A stretch of DNA of 64,000 nt from Bacteriovoracaceae bacterium (GCA_965217035.1 OZ244226.1:2276146-2340145); one strand, 5' to 3'; numbered from the stretch's first letter, positions 21,101 to 30,963 are shown. Notes: generated by a model not told the origin, from the sequence alone. Translations and numbers: made by a program.

Positions 21101-22024
21101 ATGAAGGCAACATTAGGTTTAATATTCTTAATTGTATCATGTGCTCAGATTCCAGGACTCAAAAGAAGAGATAACTTAGGCTATGGGTATAATTCCTACG
21201 GTGATCAAGGGAAACTCTTTAGCCCAATCAAGAAGAAAGTCGCTCTTCTCACTTTTATGAATGAAACTCCACAGGGAGGAGAAGATCTTGCGATTACTGC
21301 CACAGAAGAACTTCGAAAGTCTTTAGGTGCAACTAAAGATATCATCATCGATCCAGTTGCAGATAAAATCTTTGGAACTTCAAAAGAAATTTATGCTGCA
21401 GGAGGAGTGAAACTCGTTCAGCTAACCAAAAAAGCAAAGATGGCTGGAATTAATCTTGTTGTTTATGGAAGAATTAGCAAGGCGAGAGTTCGTCAAAAAA
21501 CAGATGAAATCGGATTTGTTCGCCAGACGAAATCTTATGCTCAAGCTGTTGTTGAAGTTCGAGTCTTCGATATTACAAATGGAAAAGAGATTTATGTTGA
21601 TACTAAGAAAGGTAATGTTGATGACCAAAGTTTTCGTTTCTACTTAAAGAGAACCGAAGATAATATGGCCTACAAAAGAGGCATGTTAAGATACTCTGCT
21701 AAAGTTGCGACAAGAAAGTTTGTCGCTAAAATTACAGAACTTGTTTCAAGACTTGATTGGGTTGGAAGAGTTGCAAGAATTATTGGTTCAAAAATTTATA
21801 TCAATGCTGGTCGTAAGTCTGGAATTCAACTTGGTGATGTTCTAAAAATTATTACTGAAGGACAAGAAGTTTATGATCCTGAAACAGGGTCTATGCTTGG
21901 TGTTTCTCATGGTGAAGTAAAAGGAACCGTTGAAATTATTGATTATTTTGGACCTGATGGAGCAGTTGCTATTCTCCACTCAGGAGGATCTGTAACAGAA
22001 GGCGACTTCGTCGAACTTTACTAA
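21101..22024 (+). CDS. Lipoprotein, CsgG/FlgT-like
   Basis: Lipobox IVSC; KKKVALLTF...VRVFDITNG CsgG/TolB-N-like core; C-terminal IYINAGRKSGIQLGD..DPETG..LG is FlgT-C-like. Confidence 0.65.
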   Translation: MKATLGLIFLIVSCAQIPGLKRRDNLGYGYNSYGDQGKLFSPIKKKVALLTFMNETPQGGEDLAITATEELRKSLGATKDIIIDPVADKIFGTSKEIYAAGGVKLVQLTKKAKMAGINLVVYGRISKARVRQKTDEIGFVRQTKSYAQAVVEVRVFDITNGKEIYVDTKKGNVDDQSFRFYLKRTEDNMAYKRGMLRYSAKVATRKFVAKITELVSRLDWVGRVARIIGSKIYINAGRKSGIQLGDVLKIITEGQEVYDPETGSMLGVSHGEVKGTVEIIDYFGPDGAVAILHSGGSVTEGDFVELY

Positions 22025-22049
22025 CGGTTAAATTCACTTATTTCAGCGT

Positions 22050-22200
22050 CATTTTATATTCTCCTCGTTGCAATGAATTTCTAGCTTTTCTTGGATCACC
22101 AGAATGAGTTTTTTGAGACTCTCGAGTTGGACTTTAGGTACTTCCTCGAAAGCAAGGTATTATTGTCATCATAATTCCCCATTAAAATGATTCCAATCGC
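22050..22200 (-). pseudogene. Frameshifted remnant of an Amidase_2/PGRP-type N-acetylmuramoyl-L-alanine amidase
   Basis: Minus strand reads AIGIILMGNYDDNN, then after a frameshift FEEVPKVQLESLKKLILVIQEKL. Confidence 0.45.
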
Positions 22201-22419
22201 CTTTATATAAGGATAAAAGCAATTTTGATTTCAATTAGAGAGAAGGATTGAGGGAGGGAATGGTGTTTTCTGTTTAGAGACTTGACGGTTGAAACCTCTG
22301 TTTACACTTGAAATAAGCTTGATTAGGGAAAGTGATTAAAGATTTTACACAGTTTTGAAAAAGAGAAAGGCTTGTCCAACCAAAGTCTCGTTTATGGAAT
22401 AATGAAGTATTCACAGTTA

Positions 22420-23180
22420 GGGCGTGTCTTCAAAGTTAGAAGGGTCTGAGAAAATGTAAGGCCTTTTAAGGTCATTTATCTTGGCCATTGATCATAATTC
22501 TATCATAGATGAAAACAACAGAACGACAAGAAAAAAATAGATTGAACGTGGTCGCTGCGCTCGTCCCTCAAAATGTAACCGAACAATGCTTGAAGGAATG
22601 ATTTGGAAGCTTAGAGTCGGTTGTCCCTGGAGAGATCTCCCTGTTGAGTTGGCAATCAGTTTACACTCGTTTTAATCGTTGGTCAGAATCAGGAATCTTC
22701 CAAGAAGTTTTTGTTCTGATTAAAGACAAGAGACTTGGACAAGTATTGTTCGAGCTCATCAACATGCTCATGGTGCTCGAAAAAAAATGGTGATCAGAAG
22801 ATAGGAAAAAGCTCAGGTGTCCCACAACAAAGATTCACCTTTTAAGCTACGGTAATCCGGAGATCATTAAATTAAGTCCAGGCAATATTCATGACAAACC
22901 GCGTATGAATTTATTGAAGAGTTACCCGATCAAGTACTGATAAAGGTTATGATGCAGATTTGTTCAGAAAGTCACTGAGAAAAGTCCTGTTATTCCAGAA
23001 GAAGAAGTCGAAAGAAGGAGATTGTTTACGACAAGGAACTTTATAGAGACAGAAGTCTCTTTTTGTAACTTAAAGCAATTTAGTCGATTGCAATGAGATT
23101 TGAAAAGCTTGCTCGAAACTATATGACCATGGTTTTACTGGGAGCGATTCTTATGTGGAGTAAACTTTGAAAACACGCCC
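22420..23180 (+). mobile_element. IS5-family element, deletion-riddled copy of the element at 49753-50628
   Basis: Terminal IRs GGGCGTGTCTTCAAAGTT / AACTTTGAAAACACGCCC, flanking TA duplication, otherwise identical to the intact copy. Confidence 0.93.
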
Positions 23181-23196
23181 TAACAAGGAGTCTCAT

Positions 23197-23712
23197 ATGA
23201 TGAAAGTGATTAGTCTTATGCTCATAGTTTCAGCTCTTGGAGTTTCGTGTTCAAAGAGAAAAAACGATGACTACAAAATTCAACTTACTGATCCTGGTAA
23301 GTCAAAAACAAAACAAGATACTGCTATTGCTGATAAAAAGAAGAACGAAGAAGCTGAGGCTGAGGCAGCTCGACAGCAAGAGGAAGCAGATCATCACGTT
23401 CCTGAAATCAACAGAATTATTGATACGGCTTTAGATTCAATTAATCCTGATTCTGCTTTTGATGCAGATGACGTTCAAAAAGTTCTTGATCAAGTTCAAG
23501 ACGATCTTAAAGCGGAGATGGATGGTATTATTGATCCAGATACTGAATCTACGATTGCTCATTATGAACTTGAAAATGAGTTAGAAGATGGCCTTCAAGA
23601 AGTAAAGACAGAAGACGATTCAATGGCCAAAATTTATGTTAGAAGTGTTGAAATAGCTGATAAGAAAATTGCTTTCTATGTTGGTAAACAAGTAAAGAAA
23701 GGGAGTGAGTAA
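23197..23712 (+). CDS. Acidic lipoprotein, hypothetical
   Basis: RBS AAGGAG then ATG 23197; lipobox GVSC. Confidence 0.75.
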   Translation: MMKVISLMLIVSALGVSCSKRKNDDYKIQLTDPGKSKTKQDTAIADKKKNEEAEAEAARQQEEADHHVPEINRIIDTALDSINPDSAFDADDVQKVLDQVQDDLKAEMDGIIDPDTESTIAHYELENELEDGLQEVKTEDDSMAKIYVRSVEIADKKIAFYVGKQVKKGSE

Positions 23713-24491
23713 TGAGAGTTTTAGCTTTAATTATTGCTCTAGCGTCTTCTTTGAATGCTATGGCGGAAGGTTTTTCTGTCAGATTTGATATTGCACCTTC
23801 GACCACTGTTAAGCAGGATTCCGAGAACTCGAATGCGACTGATCTCGATTTCTTTTTCTCTTATATCAACTCTGGTCACAATATTACTCTTCGACCAGGA
23901 TTTAGATACTCAGACTCTACAGGAGAAACTGTTAATAGAGATGTTCGTCTTAGACATCGATTCATGATCACTAAGATTGATGACTTCTCTTTTAACTCGG
24001 ACTTTAGATTACTTTTCCAGGGTGAAGCAAGTGAAACAAAGAGTGTTGGTGAGCTTAACAGAATGAGATTTGGTCCGTCTGTTTCTTACTCAGTCGATGT
24101 TGGATCAACAAATTGGTACACATTTTATAAGCCAATTTTAAGTCATAACTTTAAAGATGAGCGTTTTTCTTTAAATGAAGAAGGAACTGAGCAAACACCT
24201 GTTATCTTGAATGATATTGTTCATTACGCGGGTGGAGGGTTCAGTCACGGAAGATTTTCTTTAGAAGTTGCTTATGGTTACCAGATGAAATGGAACTCTC
24301 TCGGAGTTCAAGTTGATGACGGCTTTGAGCTTTATGAAGAACTTGCTTATAACGCAAATGAGAACCTTACAATCATCATTGGTCACGTAAGTGCAGGAGA
24401 TCTCTATAATAACGATGGTCAAAATAATAATATTAGTTTCATCAATCCAGATGGCGATACTTATTACGCGAGACTTATGTTAAAGTTCTAA
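23712..24491 (+). CDS. Outer-membrane beta-barrel protein
   Basis: Signal peptide, amphipathic strands, C-terminal YYARLMLKF. Confidence 0.7.
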   Translation: MRVLALIIALASSLNAMAEGFSVRFDIAPSTTVKQDSENSNATDLDFFFSYINSGHNITLRPGFRYSDSTGETVNRDVRLRHRFMITKIDDFSFNSDFRLLFQGEASETKSVGELNRMRFGPSVSYSVDVGSTNWYTFYKPILSHNFKDERFSLNEEGTEQTPVILNDIVHYAGGGFSHGRFSLEVAYGYQMKWNSLGVQVDDGFELYEELAYNANENLTIIIGHVSAGDLYNNDGQNNNISFINPDGDTYYARLMLKF

Positions 24492-24516
24492 TCATTAGAA
24501 AAGAGATAATAAAGAG

Positions 24517-24545
24517 AGCGCCGGACATCTGTTCGGCGCTTTTTG
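24517..24545 (+). terminator. Rho-independent terminator
   Basis: AGCGCCGGAC-ATCT-GTTCGGCGCT followed by a T run. Confidence 0.8.
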
Positions 24546-24577
24546 CTTTTTAAGGTGCTATTTTATAGCATAGTGGC

Positions 24578-25078
24578 ATGAAAGAAGAATTTGAACGGCT
24601 TAATAAAGAAAGAAAAGAGAATGTTGAAAAAAACTTTGCTTCAAGCAATGGTAAAGATCAGTTTTTCCTCCATGTCCTTGATGGCTTTTCTTATCGTTAT
24701 ATAACTGATCAAAAATTTTCCCAAGCCGATGTTCAAATGACTTCAAATTCAAAGTATGCTGCTGTCAATAAATTAGAATCGATGAAACGTGCTCTAGAAC
24801 TTGCGGATGCTGATCAAAAAAAGATCATGGTGCAGGAGATGAAGGAGTTTATAGGAAAAGGAAAACCTACGACAGAATTTCGTATCGAAATCGATGCTTC
24901 AAACTTGAATTCAGATGGAGAGGGAAAAGTGAAAAGTCGTTGTATCGTTGATTGGGGATTCCCTGAACATACAGGAACAGCGGCAAGTGTTTCGGAAAGT
25001 TCTTTTGAATCTAAAGACTGGGATCATCTTAGAAAGCATTACCCCTTGATGCTCGATGATCTTTGCGAAATCTTTTAA
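24578..25078 (+). CDS. Hypothetical cytoplasmic protein
   Basis: 166-aa ORF, typical codon usage, promoter-like sequence directly upstream. Confidence 0.7.
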   Translation: MKEEFERLNKERKENVEKNFASSNGKDQFFLHVLDGFSYRYITDQKFSQADVQMTSNSKYAAVNKLESMKRALELADADQKKIMVQEMKEFIGKGKPTTEFRIEIDASNLNSDGEGKVKSRCIVDWGFPEHTGTAASVSESSFESKDWDHLRKHYPLMLDDLCEIF

Positions 25079-25629
25079 ACGAGATTTTTCTGACTAACTT
25101 CTTTCCATTCTCCTTGTTTTAAAGGGAAATCTTCATATCTTATTTTCCCTAGTCCACATCGAAACAATCTTAAAGTCGGATGGTTAATAACGGCAGTCAT
25201 TTTACGAACCTGTCGATTTTTTCCTTCTTTGAGAGTTAACTCTAACCAAGCTGTTGGAACTGTTTTTCTGAAACGAATGGGAGGATCCCTATCAGGTAGG
25301 GCAGGCTCATTAATAAGTTTAATATCACAAGGTTTCGTCATCCCTGATTTTATTTTAACTCCTTTTGAAAGTTGAAGTAGAGAATCCTCGGAAGGAATTT
25401 TTTCTATCTGGGCCCAATAACTTCGTGGATGCTCTAAAAGGAACTGCTCAATAAAGGGGCCATCGTTACTTAATAAAAGAAGTCCCTCTGAGTCCTTATC
25501 AAGCCGACCAACAGGATAAACCTCTTTTGGGAGATCGAATTCTGCTAAAGTACGGTGTTCTTCACCACTAAATTGTGAGAGAACTCCATAGGGCTTATGA
25601 AAAAGAATGTACTTTTTATGGCTCTTCAT
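25075..25629 (-). CDS. rluE: RsuA-family pseudouridine synthase (RluE-like)
   Basis: KPYGVLSQF, GRLDKDSEGLLL, RDPPIRFR, EGKNRQVRKMTA. Confidence 0.88.
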   Translation of the reverse strand: MKSHKKYILFHKPYGVLSQFSGEEHRTLAEFDLPKEVYPVGRLDKDSEGLLLLSNDGPFIEQFLLEHPRSYWAQIEKIPSEDSLLQLSKGVKIKSGMTKPCDIKLINEPALPDRDPPIRFRKTVPTAWLELTLKEGKNRQVRKMTAVINHPTLRLFRCGLGKIRYEDFPLKQGEWKEVSQKNLV

Positions 25630-25642
25630 GGTACCTGCAGTT

Positions 25643-26758
25643 ATGGACTTATTGGAGCTTCACCCTATAACACTTCGTCTTTTTAAACAAGGACACCCTT
25701 GGATCTTGAAAGATGAATATACTGTTCGCTTCCCTAAAGGGAAGGATTTACTACAAATTAAAGAGAAGAATACAGGGGAGGAATTGGGATGGTTCCTTCA
25801 TGACCCTCAACATCCTCGAATCAAAGCAAGGTTTCTCACTAAAGAGATGAAAAACTTTGAAAGCTATTTAAAAGTATCTCTTAAAAAAGCGATTGAAAAA
25901 AGAAAGCAGGATTATGAAAGAGAGAATCTTTATCTTTCTTTTGGAGAAGTTGATGGACTCCCAGGACTTCTCATTCAAAAACTTAAAAATCATCTATTAA
26001 TTCAATATCAAGCTTTTGTATGGGAAAAATATCTACCACTCATAAAAAGAGAATTAAAGAACGATAATATTTGGATACAGAAAAGAATTCCAGGCGAACA
26101 AAAGCAAGCTCCGGAAGGCCCTCAAGACTCCGAAGCAGTTTTCAAATTAAGTGAATATGGAGTTGATTATAAAATTGTTCTTAACCAATATCATGATATA
26201 GGGATCTATACAGATATGGCGGGGATTCGAAAAAAACTCGATCCTCATTTCAAGAAAGCGCGAAAGGTTTTAAATCTCTTTTCTTATACAGGTGCTTTTT
26301 CTTTGCAAGCTCTCAAGCATGGAGCAGAAGCGACTTCGGTTGACCTTTCGGGTAAGTATATGTCTTGGCTGGAAGAAAATATAGAGATGAATGGTTGGGA
26401 TGATCGTCATACATCAATTGTAAAGTCTTGTGCAAAAGCTCTTAAAGAGAACAAAAATATCTACGATTTCATAATCTGTGACCCTCCTAGTTTCAGTAGT
26501 GATGGAAAAAAACGAGAGTCTGCTCAAGATTTCTATAAAAAGAATTGGAATGAGATGTGGCGACTTTTAGAACCCGGAGGAAAACTGATTGTTTTTCTGA
26601 ATACTCATAAAGTTACTCGGAAAAAGTTTAAAACTCTTATTCAGTCTCTTATAAAAGGAGGAAAAGTCATTTCTGAACTTTACCTCTCAGAGGATTGTTC
26701 CTCACTTAAGGGTTTCCCTGAAAGTGATTATCTCAAAGGGTTTATCATTCAAAAGTAA
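25643..26758 (+). CDS. RlmI/RlmK-like SAM-dependent rRNA methyltransferase
   Basis: GHPWI, GEVDGLPGL, LNLFSYTGAFS, DPPSF; start moved to ATG 25643. Confidence 0.85.
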   Translation: MDLLELHPITLRLFKQGHPWILKDEYTVRFPKGKDLLQIKEKNTGEELGWFLHDPQHPRIKARFLTKEMKNFESYLKVSLKKAIEKRKQDYERENLYLSFGEVDGLPGLLIQKLKNHLLIQYQAFVWEKYLPLIKRELKNDNIWIQKRIPGEQKQAPEGPQDSEAVFKLSEYGVDYKIVLNQYHDIGIYTDMAGIRKKLDPHFKKARKVLNLFSYTGAFSLQALKHGAEATSVDLSGKYMSWLEENIEMNGWDDRHTSIVKSCAKALKENKNIYDFIICDPPSFSSDGKKRESAQDFYKKNWNEMWRLLEPGGKLIVFLNTHKVTRKKFKTLIQSLIKGGKVISELYLSEDCSSLKGFPESDYLKGFIIQK

Positions 26759-26817
26759 CCTGATTCTAATAGGTTATGTGCTTGCTGGCCTTTTTTTCGC
26801 ATGATATAACTATGAGC

Positions 26818-26843
26818 GTAACCAAATTTCATCTAAGGACGAA
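26818..26843 (+). promoter_or_regulatory. ECF (SigF/ECF16-type) autoregulatory promoter
   Basis: GTAACC-N16-CGAA ending 7 nt before the sigma ATG. Confidence 0.75.
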
Positions 26844-26850
26844 TACTTAA

Positions 26851-27393
26851 ATGAAGAGCCGTAAGGGTCAAGATTGTGAAGAATTGATCGCAAGGTACCG
26901 ACGTGACGGACGCTCGGAAGACTATGAGCTCTTTTTAAGAAAGGTGGACTCGATAATTGAGACCATGATTCGCTCTAAAGTTCAGGATGAGTCACAACGA
27001 AATGATTTAAAACAAGAAATCCTGATTAGCGTTCATAAGTCTCTTCACACTTACGATTCAAGCCGCTCTTTCTACAATTGGTTTTATAGTATTGTCCGCT
27101 TTAGGACAGCTGACTTTTTTAGAAAGCACTATAGAAACCGAGAAAATGATGAGCTTTCAGAGTTTATGTCTGACGGTTCATTAGAGCTAGATGTTCAATA
27201 TCACCTTCAGGAAGTGAAAGAGTTATTAAACGAACTGAACGAAGGTCAAAGAGAAGCGATTAGAAGATCAAAGCTCGAAGGTGAGAAGATAAAAGATATT
27301 GCTGTTGATCTTGGTGTCACTGAATCGGCCGTAAAGGTCAATATTTTTAGAGGACTTAAGAAGTTAAGGAAACGTTTAAGTGAAGAATGGTGA
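26851..27393 (+). CDS. ECF sigma-70 factor (SigF/ECF16-like)
   Basis: DLKQEILISVHKSLHTYD..R.F..W, region 4 IA..LGVTESAVKV.I.RGLKKL. Confidence 0.9.
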   Translation: MKSRKGQDCEELIARYRRDGRSEDYELFLRKVDSIIETMIRSKVQDESQRNDLKQEILISVHKSLHTYDSSRSFYNWFYSIVRFRTADFFRKHYRNRENDELSEFMSDGSLELDVQYHLQEVKELLNELNEGQREAIRRSKLEGEKIKDIAVDLGVTESAVKVNIFRGLKKLRKRLSEEW

Positions 27394-27994
27394 TTTAATT
27401 AAAGAGCTTTCAAACCAAGGAACGACTAAAGTGATAGCCGCTCCTAATGTGCGTCTTGCCTATTGGTTTTTACCAACTGTTATTTGGTGTTTTTTTTCTT
27501 TATTTTTTACAGATCATACAGTCCAGTTTGATGTCTTAATGAGCTTTCAATTCGGAGCCATGCTTCTTTTTGTTCTTTGGACTGCAAAGTGGGTGTTTGA
27601 ACTTTCTGTTCCTGGAAATGAAGACCAGTATGAGATTCCTTATCTCATGATTCCTCTAGGTGTTTGGCTTATTTCTATGGGTTATAATTCTTTCCATGCT
27701 GGTATCGGAAATGATTCTCCTTATATGTTTTATGAGGGATGCTTTAAGTCCTCACTTTTAGTAGCAATTGGACCGACAACTCTTCTTTATTGGCTTGGGA
27801 TTAAAGCAGCTCCTATGAAAAAGAAGCAAGTCTCAGCTCTTTGTATGATTGTAGGAGTTGGAACAGGAGCTCTTGTTTCTCAGGTAACTTGTCCTTTACA
27901 GGAATCGGCTCACTTAATGGTGTCTCACTATCTTCCCGTTATTGCACTTGCTTCTATCGGTTATGTTATTGGATCTCGAATTTTCAAGTGGTAA
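27380..27994 (+). CDS. NrsF/DUF1109-like membrane anti-sigma factor
   Basis: DLIKEL N-terminus, several TM helices, SVPG, two Cys (GCF; TCP...H); overlaps the sigma gene. Confidence 0.8.
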   Translation: MKNGDLIKELSNQGTTKVIAAPNVRLAYWFLPTVIWCFFSLFFTDHTVQFDVLMSFQFGAMLLFVLWTAKWVFELSVPGNEDQYEIPYLMIPLGVWLISMGYNSFHAGIGNDSPYMFYEGCFKSSLLVAIGPTTLLYWLGIKAAPMKKKQVSALCMIVGVGTGALVSQVTCPLQESAHLMVSHYLPVIALASIGYVIGSRIFKW

Positions 27995-28891
27995 TTACTT
28001 ACCAGCAATCTGACTAAAGTTTAAATAAAACGCAACCAAGAACATTGCCAAACATATATAAAGAACCTTTGTTGGTTTTCTTTTTTCTAATAAGGACTCC
28101 CAAAGAGTTGAAAAAATAGGTCCAGTGACAGCAATTGCTGTCACAACGGAAGCAGCTCCCAATTTGAGTGCATGGAGATAAAAGAGAAGTGAGAAGAAGG
28201 TCCCAAGGATACTGACCCCAATCGCTTGGAGCTTTAACTTTTTATTAAGTGAATTAAATTTCTTAACTAAATGAATAGGCTTCACAAAATTAAAAAGAAT
28301 ATAGAAGACCACTGCTCCGGCGGTACGAATCAGGTTGGCTTCGATACTATCAATTGGCTGATCAGCAAAAGCTTTCTTGGTAAGAAAGATTCCAATTCCA
28401 TCAAGAGAAATTCCAAGTAAAGCAAAAAGTAACGGGGTAAAAGACCAGCTTCGATCAGGACTTTTATTTTCATAAGTGAATAGCATCAAGCAAGTCACAA
28501 AAATCCCAATCGCCGTGTAGTTGTAAGCATTAAGTTCATAGTTAAAGATAAAACTATCAACAAAAATGAAAATGATCGGTTGAAAGGAGAACAGGACAAG
28601 AGTTCGGGCAGGCCCCAATGTTGCGAAGGCTTGCAAAAGGAAAATATCACCAATCCCCAATCCGATAAATCCGCTAATAAAAAAGAGAGTTAACTGGTAT
28701 TGCGAAGGATTAACCCAATCAACAATGCTCACACAAAGAAGAGAGAATCCAACCAATGTGATGACGGCTTTCAGCGTATTCATCCAGACAGCGCCGACCT
28801 TTATACTAAAGCGGGCAAAAAAAAGACTCGAAAATGAAAAGCAAAGATTTGCAAGAAGAGCGAAAATCGCACTCAAATGATGAGCGGCCAT
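27995..28891 (-). CDS. DMT/EamA-family transporter
   Basis: About 10 TM helices, SGFIGLGIGD..L..AF..LGP.R. Confidence 0.85.
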   Translation of the reverse strand: MAAHHLSAIFALLANLCFSFSSLFFARFSIKVGAVWMNTLKAVITLVGFSLLCVSIVDWVNPSQYQLTLFFISGFIGLGIGDIFLLQAFATLGPARTLVLFSFQPIIFIFVDSFIFNYELNAYNYTAIGIFVTCLMLFTYENKSPDRSWSFTPLLFALLGISLDGIGIFLTKKAFADQPIDSIEANLIRTAGAVVFYILFNFVKPIHLVKKFNSLNKKLKLQAIGVSILGTFFSLLFYLHALKLGAASVVTAIAVTGPIFSTLWESLLEKRKPTKVLYICLAMFLVAFYLNFSQIAGK

Positions 28892-29139
28892 TAACCGTTA
28901 TTTCCGATGGATGCAACAGGACAAAGATCCATTTGCTCTTGGCATAACTCTACTTCTTCAGCTGAGCTAGGCTGTTTTTTCACATAAGCATTTCCATAAT
29001 CATCTTCAGCGAAGAAATCAGGGGCTCCTGAGTAACAAACATTACAGGCGATACATCCTTCTCCGTCCTCATCGTCGGGATCTGTGCAGTACCAAGCGCC
29101 TTCTATATTGAGATTATGCTTCTTTGAGGGGTTTGCCAT
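28891..29139 (-). CDS. Ferredoxin (single Fe-S cluster)
   Basis: CIACNVC...AP..F...CPVASIG. Confidence 0.88.
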   Translation of the reverse strand: MANPSKKHNLNIEGAWYCTDPDDEDGEGCIACNVCYSGAPDFFAEDDYGNAYVKKQPSSAEEVELCQEQMDLCPVASIGNNG

Positions 29140-29211
29140 TTAACTGTCTCCATCCTATACAAGAACTTTAAATTAGCCTAAAATCAGCGCTTTAGGAAGA
29201 GAATCTCTATT

Positions 29212-30963
29212 ATGCAAAATATGGATAATATTTTAAAGAAGGCAAAGTCTTGGGCACAAAACCCTTATTTTTCTGAGGAAGATCGAAAAGAGCTCCAGAC
29301 CCTGATTGATCAAGGTCATGAGGAGGAAATTTTTGATCGTTTCTACAAAGATCTTAGCTTTGGAACAGGAGGACTCAGGTCTGTCGTCGGTTTTGGAAGC
29401 AATAGGATGAATATCTATAATGTTCGAAAAGCTTCCTATGCTTTGGCGAAAACAGCAGGAGAGGGCAAGACTGAAAAGAAGGTTGCTATCTCTTGTGATT
29501 CAAGGCTGACGAGTGATGAGTTTTCTAAAGCTGTTGCTGAGGTTTTTGCAGGAGAAGGTTATAAGGTCTATGTCGTAAATCGGCCGACTCCGACTCCATT
29601 ACTTTCTTATGCCGTGCGTTTCTATGGTTGTGATTGTGGAGTCATGCTCACTGCAAGCCATAACCCTAGCGAGTACAACGGTTTTAAGGCTTATAATTCT
29701 GAAGGTTGTCAGGTCACGCCGCCGATGGATCAACAGGTCATCAATAATTTTAATGCTATTGAGGATTGGTCCGTCATTAAGCCTGTAAAGTTTGAGGAAG
29801 GACTGAGTTCGGGGGTTATTGAATATTTTAGTAATGAATTTTACGACTCTTATTACGAAATTATTCAAAAAGAATGTCTACGAAAAGATTTAGTTAAATC
29901 TCAAGGTGGAGATTTAAAAGTTGTCTATACTCCCTTGCATGGAACCGGAGGAGAGTTTTGCAAAAGAGCAGCTGATGAGCTTGGTCTTACGAACTTCTTA
30001 ATTGTTCCCGAACAAGCAAAACCTGATGGCAATTTTCCAACAACAAGTTATCCAAACCCAGAGGAACCGGCTTCACTTAAGTTAGCAGTTGATTTGATGC
30101 TTAAAGAGAATGCTGATCTTGTTTTGGGATCTGATCCGGACACTGATCGAATGGGAGTGGTGCTTAATAGCGGCGGAAGTCCAAAATATCTCAATGGAAA
30201 TGAGATCGCTATTTTGATGCTTTATTACAAGCTTCTTACTTTAAAAGAACAAGGAGCTTTGACTAAAGATGCTCTCGTTATTAAAACAATCGTGACCTCA
30301 ACTCTACAAGAGACTCTTTGCCATGCCTTTGGAGTCAAGGTTGTTAATACCTTAACCGGTTTTAAGTGGATGGGCGGTTATCTTGGAGATCAAGATAAAG
30401 CTAAGGCTCCATATCAATATATTTTTGGAAGTGAAGAATCATTTGGTTCTATGAGCCATGATGGAGTTCGAGATAAAGATGGTGTGAGCTCTGTGACTTT
30501 ATTTTGTGAACTTGCTCTTTACTTTCGTTCTCAGGGAAAAAACCTAGAACAGGTTTTAGAAGATATCGCCAAAGAGTATGGGTTTCACCAAGAGTCTTTA
30601 TTGAGTTTGAGTTATAAGGGAATAGAAGGAGAAGAGAAGATTAAAAGGATAATGAACCTTTTAAGAGAAGTTTCCGCTGATTTCTTTCCGGTAGGAGCTC
30701 TTTCATTGAGAGAAGATTTCTCTATTCGTAATGTTTTTAATTATAAAACATCAGAAACTTTAAATCTCGATTTCCCTGTTGAGAGTAATGTGCTTGGATT
30801 TGAATTTGAAAATGGAAACCGACTTTACGCAAGACCTTCAGGGACGGAACCTAAAATAAAATTCTATTCTCTTTTTAAAGGTGATTACGCTGATAAAGCA
30901 TCAACATTAAAGTCTATTGAATCTCTCGAAGGTTTTTTAAAGGAGTATTGTGAGCAAACCTAA
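29212..30963 (+). CDS. pgm: Phosphoglucomutase/phosphomannomutase
   Basis: FGTGGLR, TASHNP, DPDTDR, EESFG, RPSGTEPKIK. Confidence 0.93.
   Translation: MQNMDNILKKAKSWAQNPYFSEEDRKELQTLIDQGHEEEIFDRFYKDLSFGTGGLRSVVGFGSNRMNIYNVRKASYALAKTAGEGKTEKKVAISCDSRLTSDEFSKAVAEVFAGEGYKVYVVNRPTPTPLLSYAVRFYGCDCGVMLTASHNPSEYNGFKAYNSEGCQVTPPMDQQVINNFNAIEDWSVIKPVKFEEGLSSGVIEYFSNEFYDSYYEIIQKECLRKDLVKSQGGDLKVVYTPLHGTGGEFCKRAADELGLTNFLIVPEQAKPDGNFPTTSYPNPEEPASLKLAVDLMLKENADLVLGSDPDTDRMGVVLNSGGSPKYLNGNEIAILMLYYKLLTLKEQGALTKDALVIKTIVTSTLQETLCHAFGVKVVNTLTGFKWMGGYLGDQDKAKAPYQYIFGSEESFGSMSHDGVRDKDGVSSVTLFCELALYFRSQGKNLEQVLEDIAKEYGFHQESLLSLSYKGIEGEEKIKRIMNLLREVSADFFPVGALSLREDFSIRNVFNYKTSETLNLDFPVESNVLGFEFENGNRLYARPSGTEPKIKFYSLFKGDYADKASTLKSIESLEGFLKEYCEQT

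Noticed and set aside
23167..23196. N-terminal extension of ORF 23167
   Set aside because: The TTG lies inside the IS inverted repeat; the real start is ATG 23197 after AAGGAG.
30900..30960. preQ1 riboswitch before queC, or queC as part of a defence system
   Set aside because: queC overlaps pgm with no leader, has canonical motifs and has no defence-type neighbours.
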